From an uncultured virus (IMG/VR IMGVR_UViG_3300037137_000232) (Duplodnaviria > Heunggongvirae > Uroviricota > Caudoviricetes), in IMG/VR virus record IMGVR_UViG_3300037137_000232: 64,000 nucleotides of DNA; one strand, given 5' to 3'. The stretch's first letter is position 1; every line of letters begins with the position of its first letter. A program made the translations under genes and the position numbers. The notes below the pieces were generated by a model that saw only the letters and a list, made by a program, of their open reading frames with translations, did not search any database and had not been told where the DNA came from. Below, in pieces: positions 1-7,696 of the stretch.

Positions 1-76
1 GCGCAAGGATTCGATTCGCGCGCAGGTCTGTCACGACTTCGCGGTCAAGTTGACCGCCGCGTCCTAATCTAACGGG

Positions 77-100
77 GCGGTCGGGTGAAAACCCGACCGC
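77..100 (+). other. 10-bp stem hairpin with GAAA tetraloop
   Basis: GCGGTCGGGT-GAAA-ACCCGACCGC; no U-tract. Confidence 0.6.
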
Positions 101-107
101 GCGCATC

Positions 108-314
108 ATGGGCATCAGTGTGATGCATTACCAGTTAGACTGTGGGGAGAAAGACGCAAACACGCGACACACTACGCGCGTACAAGCCGCGATTGTGCGG
201 CATGCACATCACGAGATGACACTGCCGGAATACGTGGCAGAAATCGAACAGGCAGACATTGAGCACACTAACCTGATCGGCGACATGATCCGCCTCGTGC
301 TTCGCGCGCTTTGA
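108..314 (+). CDS. hypothetical protein
   Basis: 68-aa ORF followed directly by a terminator; start uncertain. Confidence 0.5.
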   Translation: MGISVMHYQLDCGEKDANTRHTTRVQAAIVRHAHHEMTLPEYVAEIEQADIEHTNLIGDMIRLVLRAL

Positions 315-320
315 TGTACT

Positions 321-355
321 GGCCACAACCCTTCGGGGTTGTGGCCTTTTTTTTT
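321..355 (+). terminator. Rho-independent terminator
   Basis: GGCCACAACCC-TTCG-GGGTTGTGGCC followed by T9. Confidence 0.92.
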
Positions 356-369
356 GTGCTCTCGACCCG

Positions 370-393
370 GACATCTGAGCATGCTCAGATGTC
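370..393. repeat. Palindrome copy 1 (24 bp, perfect)
   Basis: GACATCTGAGCATGCTCAGATGTC. Confidence 0.97.
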
Positions 394-500
394 GCGTACC
401 TTCGCGGTACTGTAGTAATCATGGTCTGTCATACATGTGCAGCAGGCAATACGCGCAATACGTACGCAGTAGCAACAACTCGCCTACCTCACATCCATCG

Positions 501-547
501 CGGGACTGTAGTAATACTGATGTAGCAGCATCTGAGCATGCTCAGAT
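501..547 (+). repeat. Motif variant CGGGACTGTAGT (501-512) plus palindrome copy 2 (530-547)
   Basis: ATCTGAGCATGCTCAGAT downstream of the motif. Confidence 0.95.
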
Positions 548-764
548 CACGTAGCAGGAACGGCAATACGTGTGTACCAGACAATATGCCTGTTTTCAGG
601 GTCAAGTCCTTGATTATGCTCCTATAACACATGACCTATATTTATGTAGGGGTAATACAGTACGGCATAAGTCGTTGAAAACCCTTTCTAATATACCTAC
701 CCATTCATTTAGTATTACTAGTATTAGATTAGACAACATATACCCCTGCTGTTTTTCCGCAACA

Positions 765-776
765 CGAGACTGTAGT
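765..776 (+). repeat. CGAGACTGTAGT motif, no adjacent palindrome
   Basis: Exact 12-mer match to the other copies. Confidence 0.9.
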
Positions 777-1000
777 GTGCGAACGGCATAATACCCAAGC
801 GTAGCAGCACCTCGAATTCCTTCCTACGCATCAAAATACCACCCACGTGGATGTCTCTCCGTGATCCCATACGTGAATAGCATGAAGTGAAAACAACCAA
901 GTCGGTGTAGTTGCTCCCTAAAAGCTCATCATATGTGGGGTAGGTAGTATTCCCAATTTCACACAACAGCCTGCCCCTTATGTACGACGTACGAAACCAC

Positions 1001-1029
1001 TTGCGTTTCAGCTACTTGTCACTTACACT
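1001..1029 (+). promoter_or_regulatory. Putative sigma70 promoter
   Basis: TTGCGT-17 bp-TACACT upstream of the ORF at 1074. Confidence 0.6.
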
Positions 1030-1073
1030 ATGGCCACGTCACCCCCACCAAACAAGAACCACAAGAGATTCGT

Positions 1074-1784
1074 ATGACACCAAAGCCACACGCAACACTC
1101 AGATACACGCAACACGCTTTGTTAACCGAGGTGGTTAAGTTAATCCGCCGCTATGAGAACTCACCTAGCTTCGCCAACTCGAACACTCTACGCACTGCCC
1201 AACGTGCCGTAACGCTACATGCGCGCAAGCTGTCGAAGTGCAGCCCAACCACTGATACTAAGGCCCGGCGCAAGCACGAGCGTGCGCTTTTCTACGCAAC
1301 AGCCAAACGCGACGCACTTGCCAAGCTCTTACGCGACAGTGAACCAACCTTCCGTATTGCGTCGATCACCACTCGCAACCGCCGTCGCGCACCCGGCGAG
1401 GCAGCCAAACTCGCCACCGCACGCTATCGACTCAAGGCAGCCACCATTGCCGTCCACAAGCTGACTAACCTATACACAAGTATCAAGGACGAGTGGAATG
1501 AGGCACGACGCGGCGTTGAGCAGGCCAAAGCCGAGCACGCCATGATCGTGCAGGACAACGAGCAGGCGCTCGCACAGCGCAGGCTTGCGCATGGGCTGAC
1601 TGCACATCGGCCGCGTGGCGCGCGAGCAGCACAGGCAACAGCATGGAAGGCATTGCGTGACGCCCGGTCGTTGGAGTTCGTGCGCGCGGCGCGATGGCGG
1701 CAGGCGTACACCAAGCTCACCACAGCGCGAGGCACGGTAGCGAAGTACCGTGAGCAGATCGAGCAGATCGAAAAATCTTTCTAG
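1074..1784 (+). CDS. Basic Arg/Ala-rich helical (coiled-coil-like) hypothetical protein
   Basis: 236-aa ORF with upstream promoter; very R/K/A-rich. Confidence 0.65.
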   Translation: MTPKPHATLRYTQHALLTEVVKLIRRYENSPSFANSNTLRTAQRAVTLHARKLSKCSPTTDTKARRKHERALFYATAKRDALAKLLRDSEPTFRIASITTRNRRRAPGEAAKLATARYRLKAATIAVHKLTNLYTSIKDEWNEARRGVEQAKAEHAMIVQDNEQALAQRRLAHGLTAHRPRGARAAQATAWKALRDARSLEFVRAARWRQAYTKLTTARGTVAKYREQIEQIEKSF

Positions 1785-1799
1785 TGAGGGCACAATCTA

Positions 1800-1829
1800 T
1801 TGACTCAACCCTACAGGTTGTGAGATAAT
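1800..1829 (+). promoter_or_regulatory. Putative sigma70 promoter (extended -10)
   Basis: TTGACT-18 bp-GATAAT with TG two bases upstream of the -10; palindrome about 30 bp downstream. Confidence 0.7.
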
Positions 1830-1862
1830 AGTAATGCAGTAGGAAATAGGGAGCCACCGGAC

Positions 1863-1880
1863 ATCTGAGCATGCTCAGAT
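1863..1880. repeat. Palindrome copy 3
   Basis: ATCTGAGCATGCTCAGAT, preceded by CCGGAC as in copies 1 and 8. Confidence 0.97.
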
Positions 1881-1981
1881 CGCCCGACTCCGGACAATTT
1901 GCAGATACGAAGTCAGCAGCAGCATCAGCAGGCCGATTGGCCTGCCTAGCAGCAAACGCAGGCGTAGCACGAGCAGGTGCG

Positions 1982-2167
1982 ATGATGAAAGGGCGCAAGT
2001 TAGAATCACTGGCCCGGCGACAAGGGAAACTCGATAGGCGAGCGCAGGTAGAGTTAACAATGCGCTACACTCCGAATCTCGACACCCTACTGACGCCTTC
2101 CCGCACAATTGCGCGACTACGGCATGGACAACGACCCTACCTGCGGGCGCGTGGTGCCAAGCACTGA
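1982..2167 (+). CDS. Small Arg-rich hypothetical protein
   Basis: MMKGRKLESLARRQ...; AGGTG upstream. Confidence 0.5.
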   Translation: MMKGRKLESLARRQGKLDRRAQVELTMRYTPNLDTLLTPSRTIARLRHGQRPYLRARGAKH

Positions 2168-2374
2168 CGGTGGCAGGGGATGCGAGGGCGCGCGATCAGC
2201 GCCGTGACCCGCGATCCTGCCCGGACTAGCGATCCGCAATTCGATCCGCACGCACACGTGCGCACCCTGCGACACGCTCGCCATGGGGCCAATGCCCTAA
2301 ACCAACATGATTGCGACAGCAGCAGGAAGATGAGCACGTGTGTCGTTGCGCCCCGCAGTTAGGGGGCTGCTTGA

Positions 2375-2402
2375 TGTACATCTAAGCATGCTCAGATGTA
2401 CA
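2375..2402. repeat. Palindrome copy 4 (28 bp, one mismatch)
   Basis: TGTACATCTAAGCATGCTCAGATGTACA. Confidence 0.95.
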
Positions 2403-2431
2403 GCTTCGAGCCTCTCAACCTTGGAGATTAC

Positions 2432-2677
2432 ATGATTAACAAACAGCAAGCGATGAGCGCCAAGCATGGCGACATCTTCTACCACCGCACCATGCGCAAC
2501 GCGGACGGCACACCGATGCGTGTGCGTGTGACCGGCCGTTGCAAGACGTGGAAAACCCGACCGGATGATTTCAGGTTGCCGGTGAAGCATGGCATGTACG
2601 ACAGCGGTGAAATCGATATCGGCAACTGTGACTACTGGTGCATGACTGAAGCACAGGTGGTGGTTGAGAGTGACTAG
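2432..2677 (+). CDS. hypothetical early protein
   Basis: GGAG RBS before ATG 2432; MINKQQAM...KTWKTRPDDFRLPVKHG. Confidence 0.75.
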   Translation: MINKQQAMSAKHGDIFYHRTMRNADGTPMRVRVTGRCKTWKTRPDDFRLPVKHGMYDSGEIDIGNCDYWCMTEAQVVVESD

Positions 2678-2739
2678 CACCACCACGACGACATCACCGT
2701 GAAAACGGAAGGCAAGAAGGTTGATTTCGAGGAGATGCG

Positions 2740-2904
2740 ATGAACAACGAAGAGCGGCGTATGTGGGTGTTGAATGACGCTGGATTGTATGAGTGGTGGC
2801 AGCGTACCTGCATGCCCATCACGAAATTCATACAGGACAATCGCGAGCAGATCGACGAGTGCATCAACCGCGAATTGAACAGGAAACCCAAGGAGGGACC
2901 ATGA
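2740..2904 (+). CDS. Small hypothetical protein (54 aa, below the ORF-track cutoff)
   Basis: GAGGAG RBS; MNNEERRMWVLNDAGLYEWWQR...; stop overlaps next ATG (ATGA). Confidence 0.7.
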   Translation: MNNEERRMWVLNDAGLYEWWQRTCMPITKFIQDNREQIDECINRELNRKPKEGP

Positions 2905-2999
2905 AACTCGTGCACTGGGTGGTGGACTGGGCGTATGCGGTCGCGTACGTCGTGGTTGTGAAGGTGGGCGAGTGGCTCGGCTTCTCGGAGGACGAGTAG
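2901..2999 (+). CDS. Small hydrophobic peptide
   Basis: AGGAGG RBS; MKLVHWVVDWAYAVAYVVVVKVGEWLGFSEDE. Confidence 0.55.
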   Translation: MKLVHWVVDWAYAVAYVVVVKVGEWLGFSEDE

Positions 3000-3001
3000 C
3001 G

Positions 3002-3043
3002 CGAGACTGTAGTCGATGTGTGGATGTCTGAGCATGCTCAGAT
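3002..3043 (+). repeat. CGAGACTGTAGT (3002-3013) plus palindrome copy 5 (3027-3042)
   Basis: Lies between stop 2999 and the RBS of 3059. Confidence 0.96.
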
Positions 3044-3058
3044 CAATGAGGAGACGAT

Positions 3059-3424
3059 ATGCGCCGACCAAAGGGTTGGTGGAGGTGGTACTTCACGTGT
3101 GTTGAGAGACTCGCACAACGTGCGTATGAAACCGCGATGATTGTGTCCGACAAAGATGTCAACTTCTCGTTGGAAGCCAAGCGTGATGTGCGCATCCGGC
3201 ATTACTGGCATGAGGCAGGACAGAACGAGAAGGGGCAAGACGTGTTCTACTGCTGGACAATCCGCAGAGATGCGTCCGGGCAGTATCGCACGTGGCGCGA
3301 GGTGCACACGCTGACTGAGATCAAGCGATACGATATTGTGTACAAGCGCACCAAGGCGCAGGCGGCGGAAGTCGCGCGCAAGCGGTACAACGCGTTCATC
3401 GAGATGACCACGAGCCGGAGATAG
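3059..3424 (+). CDS. hypothetical protein
   Basis: GAGGAG RBS; 121 aa. Confidence 0.75.
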   Translation: MRRPKGWWRWYFTCVERLAQRAYETAMIVSDKDVNFSLEAKRDVRIRHYWHEAGQNEKGQDVFYCWTIRRDASGQYRTWREVHTLTEIKRYDIVYKRTKAQAAEVARKRYNAFIEMTTSRR

Positions 3425-3506
3425 TGGATACGATCAATATCACATTCGCACCCGAGCCGGTTGATGCGGATGCAGTGCTGCGTGAGTGGATCGTGAAGGA
3501 GTGGGA

Positions 3507-4448
3507 ATGAACAACGTGCCGGTGTTTACACACATCGACGAGGCATTGAGTCAGTGGGCTGAAGCAACAAGGTTGTACCCACAAGTTCTATACGAGAAGT
3601 ACAAGGCACATCGTGCCAAGTACGGATGTAACGCGGAGACTGCATGTCGGTGGGCGAAGCAGAAGCCGCAGCCGAAATTCATCGACACATTGCCCTATTC
3701 GTATCGACCAACTTACGTGGATGTGCCCGGCATTGGCGCATTGAAATTCGAGTTGAAGGACGACAATGACTATAACTCAGATGACTATGATGAGCAAACA
3801 TTCCAGTGGGTAAAAGGAATGCACGATAACGAAGCTGCTAAACACTGTGGTGCGAAAATGGGTGAAAACATGTACTCACTCAACCATTGGGATCATGGTA
3901 GTGTGGCCGTGCTCTGCTTCGATAAAAAGTCAGGCGGCAGGTTCGAGGATCGCTATAAGTATCACGCAAGGAGTATGAGCAAGCAGGACGCGTACATCGC
4001 AGCGCAAGCATCAATCAAGGATGAATGCGAATATCGGCATCGAGTGGCAGAAGGCGATGTGTCGTGGGTGGGCGCGTGCGTCACGTTGTGGGAACCGGGC
4101 GAACCTGAGGATTTCAACGACCAGATCGAGGACGAGTGGAAAGAAATCGGGCAGGAAGAAGTGTGGGGCTTTGAGTACCCGGACAGCGAGGACTATCTAC
4201 TCGACACCATGAACGAATGGGCTGCGTCTTTGGTAGCAAAGCATTGGCAGCAAAAGTACGGGTGTGAAGCGCCCATGCCCGGCACCCAAGATGTAGTGGT
4301 GGACGCTGCGTGGAAGGCATGGCACACTTCTATGGTGGTGAGTAACAACGACCGCACCATCGCCGATCCTGTGTTCGTCTCAACCTACAAGGAGAAGTTG
4401 AATGCCGAGCGATTTCGTACTTGTCGGCTCGTTCAAGCGAGGGGATGA
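3507..4448 (+). CDS. Acidic hypothetical protein
   Basis: AAGGAG RBS before ATG 3507; about 313 aa. Confidence 0.8.
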   Translation: MNNVPVFTHIDEALSQWAEATRLYPQVLYEKYKAHRAKYGCNAETACRWAKQKPQPKFIDTLPYSYRPTYVDVPGIGALKFELKDDNDYNSDDYDEQTFQWVKGMHDNEAAKHCGAKMGENMYSLNHWDHGSVAVLCFDKKSGGRFEDRYKYHARSMSKQDAYIAAQASIKDECEYRHRVAEGDVSWVGACVTLWEPGEPEDFNDQIEDEWKEIGQEEVWGFEYPDSEDYLLDTMNEWAASLVAKHWQQKYGCEAPMPGTQDVVVDAAWKAWHTSMVVSNNDRTIADPVFVSTYKEKLNAERFRTCRLVQARG

Positions 4449-4635
4449 TGGGCTGTACTATGGCGCAGTAGCGAAGCAGGAAGGCAAGACGATGACTGTG
4501 CTGACTGTCGGTGTTGAACCGAACGAGTTCCTGATTCTTGAATGGATCAGGGATACCATCAAGATCATGCGCTCATCCGGACAGGATGATGTGCAGGCAC
4601 CCGACATGGTAGATCGTGCCGGGCATGTGCACTGA
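4402..4635 (+). CDS. hypothetical protein
   Basis: AAGGAG RBS; 77 aa. Confidence 0.65.
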   Translation: MPSDFVLVGSFKRGDDGLYYGAVAKQEGKTMTVLTVGVEPNEFLILEWIRDTIKIMRSSGQDDVQAPDMVDRAGHVH

Positions 4636-4664
4636 CCTATGCGCGGGGGTTGTCCGCGTGGGGA

Positions 4665-4765
4665 TTCGCCGTCCTCGTGGAACACAGGAACCATGATCTA
4701 GTGTAAGCCACACAGATGAGCCTGCGGGTGTACCACGTACCATGGCAGGGACGAAAAACGGCGAA
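4665..4765 (+). ncRNA. Putative structured RNA, hammerhead-like three-way junction (non-canonical core)
   Basis: TTCGCCGT/ACGGCGAA closing stem, GTC, GTGG/CCAC stem, CAGATGAG, CCTGC/GCAGG stem, CGAAAAAC. Confidence 0.35.
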
Positions 4766-4808
4766 CATGGGGGTGGGAGGCAGCAGTACATCGCTGCCGA
4801 AACCAAAT

Positions 4809-4820
4809 CGAGACTGTAGT
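4809..4820 (+). repeat. CGAGACTGTAGT motif
   Basis: Exact match. Confidence 0.9.
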
Positions 4821-4828
4821 TTGTTCAA

Positions 4829-4994
4829 TGTTGGGTGCGTGTGTGGAGTTCGTCTGCTGCCAAGATTCAGGCGAGCCGTTGAGCGTACGACTGGTTAGTA
4901 CAGAACATCGTAGTCGAGGCTTGGGGGCGAACATAACGGGGCGTCCAATCAGGCATAGAGCGTTGCAACGCCCACAAGCATACGTTACCCAACA
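4829..4994 (+). ncRNA. Putative multibranch structured ncRNA
   Basis: Nested complementary segments TGTTGGGT/ACCCAACA, GCGTGTG/CATACGT, GTTCGTC/GGCGAAC, CCAAG/CTTGG, CGACT/AGTCG. Confidence 0.45.
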
Positions 4995-5001
4995 CCCATA
5001 C

Positions 5002-5019
5002 ATCTGAGCATGCTCAGAT
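5002..5019. repeat. Palindrome copy 6
   Basis: ATCTGAGCATGCTCAGAT, 17 bp before ATG 5037. Confidence 0.97.
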
Positions 5020-5036
5020 CAACCAGAGGGGGTGAT

Positions 5037-5429
5037 ATGAATCTCAAGGAAGCCAAGCTGCTCCGTAAGACGGCCATGTCGATGTCGTTACCCGGCGAGC
5101 CGAAGTCGCAGTTGGTAATGTCGAAGCAGCAGTGCAACCCGTGGTACAACTCAGTCACGAAGAAAACCGAGACGCGCACCGCATACTGCGCTGTCAACAA
5201 CCCGCACTCGTTCCGGGGGCGTTACCGCAATCTCAAGAGCGGGCGCAGCATCGACGTGCGGCGCATCGAAGCGGCGGGGCGCGACATCGAAGCGATGAAA
5301 GCGATGCACACCACGACAAGCACGCGCAGCCCGGTGGTGACGGCTATCGAACGCAAGTCGGCATTCGCAGTCTTGCGTGAGAAGGTCAACAAGATCGTCA
5401 AGCGCATGTTCCGACATCAACATCGGTGA
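5037..5429 (+). CDS. Basic hypothetical protein
   Basis: GAGGGGGTG RBS; MNLKEAKLLRK... Confidence 0.7.
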   Translation: MNLKEAKLLRKTAMSMSLPGEPKSQLVMSKQQCNPWYNSVTKKTETRTAYCAVNNPHSFRGRYRNLKSGRSIDVRRIEAAGRDIEAMKAMHTTTSTRSPVVTAIERKSAFAVLREKVNKIVKRMFRHQHR

Positions 5430-5433
5430 CATC

Positions 5434-5757
5434 GTGGTGAAGCGTTTCAACCCGAAGGATTTCGGGTTGCCTGTTACCTTACCCAATGCGGATATACCGA
5501 CAGTGCTCCCACTGCCGAAGCTGCCGCATTCACGAAAGGAATTCACAAAGTCTGAAGCAGCGTGGAAAGCGTATGACGCTGCAATGGTGGTCTCTGATGG
5601 AGATCGTGTACTAGCCGACCGTGTGTATCAAGCGGTCATCAACCAAAAGAGGAGTCGAAATGACGACGAGCATTCGCAAGACAGTGATGTTGGGAAGTCT
5701 GTCGATCAGCTTCCCGGCGATGCGCAAGAACGCGAAGGACGTGGCGAGAAAAGCTGA
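5434..5757 (+). CDS. hypothetical protein sharing a motif with 3507-4448
   Basis: AAWKAYDAAMVVSDGDRVLADRVY; start uncertain; 3' end overlaps the next gene. Confidence 0.5.
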   Translation: MVKRFNPKDFGLPVTLPNADIPTVLPLPKLPHSRKEFTKSEAAWKAYDAAMVVSDGDRVLADRVYQAVINQKRSRNDDEHSQDSDVGKSVDQLPGDAQEREGRGEKS

Positions 5758-6565
5758 AGTCGATGCCAATGCGAAGAACGGCACGATTACAGCCGCGAAA
5801 CATCTGATGTCCGGTGTGATAGAGCATGAGGCATGCGCCAAGCGCATCGCGTTGCTGCGTACGTGGTGGGCGTCGGTAAGCCTGCCATGGTTCGACAGCA
5901 AGGGCGCACCGCGTGCCGTCAATGCGCTCGGCGTGACGGATTTGCAGGTGGAGATTGGTGGTCACGTGCGCGAGATCACCGAGTTGTGGAAGGCGTTCAT
6001 GTCGAAGTATCCGGAGCTTCGCGCACATCGGCAGTATGAAATGGGTGCGTTCTTCGATGCGCGCGAGTTTCCATCACCGCAGGAGATGCAGCGTCGGTTC
6101 GCCATTCGCGTGGACTGGTACCCGCTGCCCGACACGCAGGACATCCGTGTGATGGACGGCATCAGCCCGGAAGATGCGAAGCGGCTTGCTGATGACGCAG
6201 CGGAAAGCGAGCGTAAGCGGCTCGCGTTTGCGATGGGTGCGGCGGCGAAGAAGCTGTACAAAGCGGTGAAGAGCATGCACGACACGATGGCTACGCCCAT
6301 CGGCGAGAAGGGTGCGAAGTTCAACGACACCAAGCTCGACAACATCCTCGCCATTGCCGAGTTGATCCCGTCACTCAACTTGACCAATGATCCGAAGCTC
6401 GCAGCACTGGCGAAGGAAGCGAAGAAGCTTGCAACCAAGTCGCCGGGTGAGTTGCGCGAGGATGAGGTGAAGCGCAAGGCGGCGGCGAAGGAAGCCGAAG
6501 GACTCGCAGCCAAGCTCGCCGGGATGTTCACGGCCGACGACGATGCCGATGACGACGAGGCGTGA
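5660..6565 (+). CDS. DUF3150-like protein
   Basis: GAGGAG RBS; SLPWFD, KAFMSKYP, REFPSPQEMQRRF, LIPSLNLTNDPKL resemble DUF3150-type proteins found beside AAA/vWA genes (recalled, not searched). Confidence 0.6.
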   Translation: MTTSIRKTVMLGSLSISFPAMRKNAKDVARKAEVDANAKNGTITAAKHLMSGVIEHEACAKRIALLRTWWASVSLPWFDSKGAPRAVNALGVTDLQVEIGGHVREITELWKAFMSKYPELRAHRQYEMGAFFDAREFPSPQEMQRRFAIRVDWYPLPDTQDIRVMDGISPEDAKRLADDAAESERKRLAFAMGAAAKKLYKAVKSMHDTMATPIGEKGAKFNDTKLDNILAIAELIPSLNLTNDPKLAALAKEAKKLATKSPGELREDEVKRKAAAKEAEGLAAKLAGMFTADDDADDDEA

Positions 6566-6788
6566 GCCAGACGACACGCGATGGATCGGGTACTCGGCGT
6601 GGGCGCAGGACAAGGAAGGTGTGTGGCATCTGGTGTCAGGGTACGGTATCGTTTTGCCGTGCCCCGCATCCTTCACGGTTGATGAATATGGGATGCCTCC
6701 ACTTCATGCGCTAATATGCAGAGTATGTTTGCGCGCACTACCTGATGAAGTGAGTGCGTGGATGCTGCAACGGGAGATGGAATCGTGA
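6543..6788 (+). CDS. Small H-C-CxxC zinc-finger-like protein, paralog 1
   Basis: WAQDKEGVWH...C...CRVC. Confidence 0.6.
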   Translation: MPMTTRREPDDTRWIGYSAWAQDKEGVWHLVSGYGIVLPCPASFTVDEYGMPPLHALICRVCLRALPDEVSAWMLQREMES

Positions 6789-7015
6789 GCAAACTCATTC
6801 CCGGCTTCAAGAGTTCAGTAGCAGAAGGATGGGCGCGCGACCATAACGGTATCTGGCATCGTGTCACTACACGCAACCACCCAGACACAGGCATATGGCG
6901 CATGGAGTGTAGTGGTGGGGTACTTGTGCGCACATTGATGCCATCAGCTAAACCACCGAACGAGTGGTGCGCATTGTGTAAGAAAGTAATCACACGCCGA
7001 GTGGTGGAGGAATGA
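6785..7015 (+). CDS. Zinc-finger-like paralog 2
   Basis: GTG start overlapping the upstream stop; WARDHNGIWH...C...CALC...TRRVVEE. Confidence 0.7.
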   Translation: MSKLIPGFKSSVAEGWARDHNGIWHRVTTRNHPDTGIWRMECSGGVLVRTLMPSAKPPNEWCALCKKVITRRVVEE

Positions 7016-7209
7016 AGGACATTGCGGTAAATGCGGGGGATGGGTGGGTGAAGGGCACAACTACATGGCATGTGTTTACGTCTCAAGGATTTATCCTTTG
7101 TAAAACGAATGTGCCATTGTCGCATGAAGTATGGCCGTGGTTGCCTAAAGGCGCAGTGATCTGCAGGCGTTGCCGTCCTTACTTAACCCGTAAGATTGTG
7201 GAGGAATGA
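7012..7209 (+). CDS. Zinc-finger-like paralog 3
   Basis: GGAGG RBS; WVKGTTTWH...C...CRRC...TRKIVEE. Confidence 0.7.
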   Translation: MKDIAVNAGDGWVKGTTTWHVFTSQGFILCKTNVPLSHEVWPWLPKGAVICRRCRPYLTRKIVEE

Positions 7210-7433
7210 TGAAAATCGCCATCGTACCAGTCTCGATGATGACCGAGCAACTCAAGTTGTGGAGGGCTGAACGTGAAGTCGAAGAAGCTACCGGGGTGTT
7301 GGATCGCCGTGTCGAAGGTAACGCAAAAGCCCGCGCCAATCTCCTCAATCGGCAACGTGATCTCTTCGACTATCAGACCCGCATCGAAACGGCACGTGCC
7401 AACATTGCACGTGTCCTCAGTCGTCATGAGTAA
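7206..7433 (+). CDS. Small coiled-coil hypothetical protein
   Basis: GGAGG RBS, ATGA coupling. Confidence 0.7.
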   Translation: MMKIAIVPVSMMTEQLKLWRAEREVEEATGVLDRRVEGNAKARANLLNRQRDLFDYQTRIETARANIARVLSRHE

Positions 7434-7641
7434 GTACGTGTGGATGAAGTGCAGGACACAGTGGCATGCGTATCGGGTGTGCATGCCGCCGGGGCGGTAC
7501 CAGATCATGTGCCGCCGCACGTACTCGAATGCACCCGAAATGTGGGGGGCAGTGGGAGTACCGATAGATGGGTTCCCGATCTGCCAACGCTGTCGCATTA
7601 ACGTAACTAAGGAGGTTGTGGAAGCAGACACGAGACTGTAG
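7426..7641 (+). CDS. Zinc-finger-like paralog 4
   Basis: WMKCRTQWH...C...CQRC...TKEVVEA. Confidence 0.7.
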   Translation: MSKYVWMKCRTQWHAYRVCMPPGRYQIMCRRTYSNAPEMWGAVGVPIDGFPICQRCRINVTKEVVEADTRL

Positions 7642-7671
7642 TTGTAGCGCATGATCTGAGCATGCTCAGAT
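7631..7671 (+). repeat. CGAGACTGTAGT (7631-7642) plus palindrome copy 7 (7654-7671)
   Basis: The motif supplies the TAG stop of the upstream gene; the palindrome precedes the RBS of the AAA ATPase. Confidence 0.97.
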
Positions 7672-7696
7672 GTCCTAAACCAAACAGGAGAAAGCA

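Noticed and set aside
375..388. Palindrome as a proteobacterial LexA box
   Set aside because: It is CTG-N8-CAG, whereas the SOS box is CTG-N10-CAG
1871..5036. ORF starts reading MLR... at 1871 and 5010, and similar antisense ORFs
   Set aside because: The ATG comes from the palindrome centre; better RBS-led starts lie downstream
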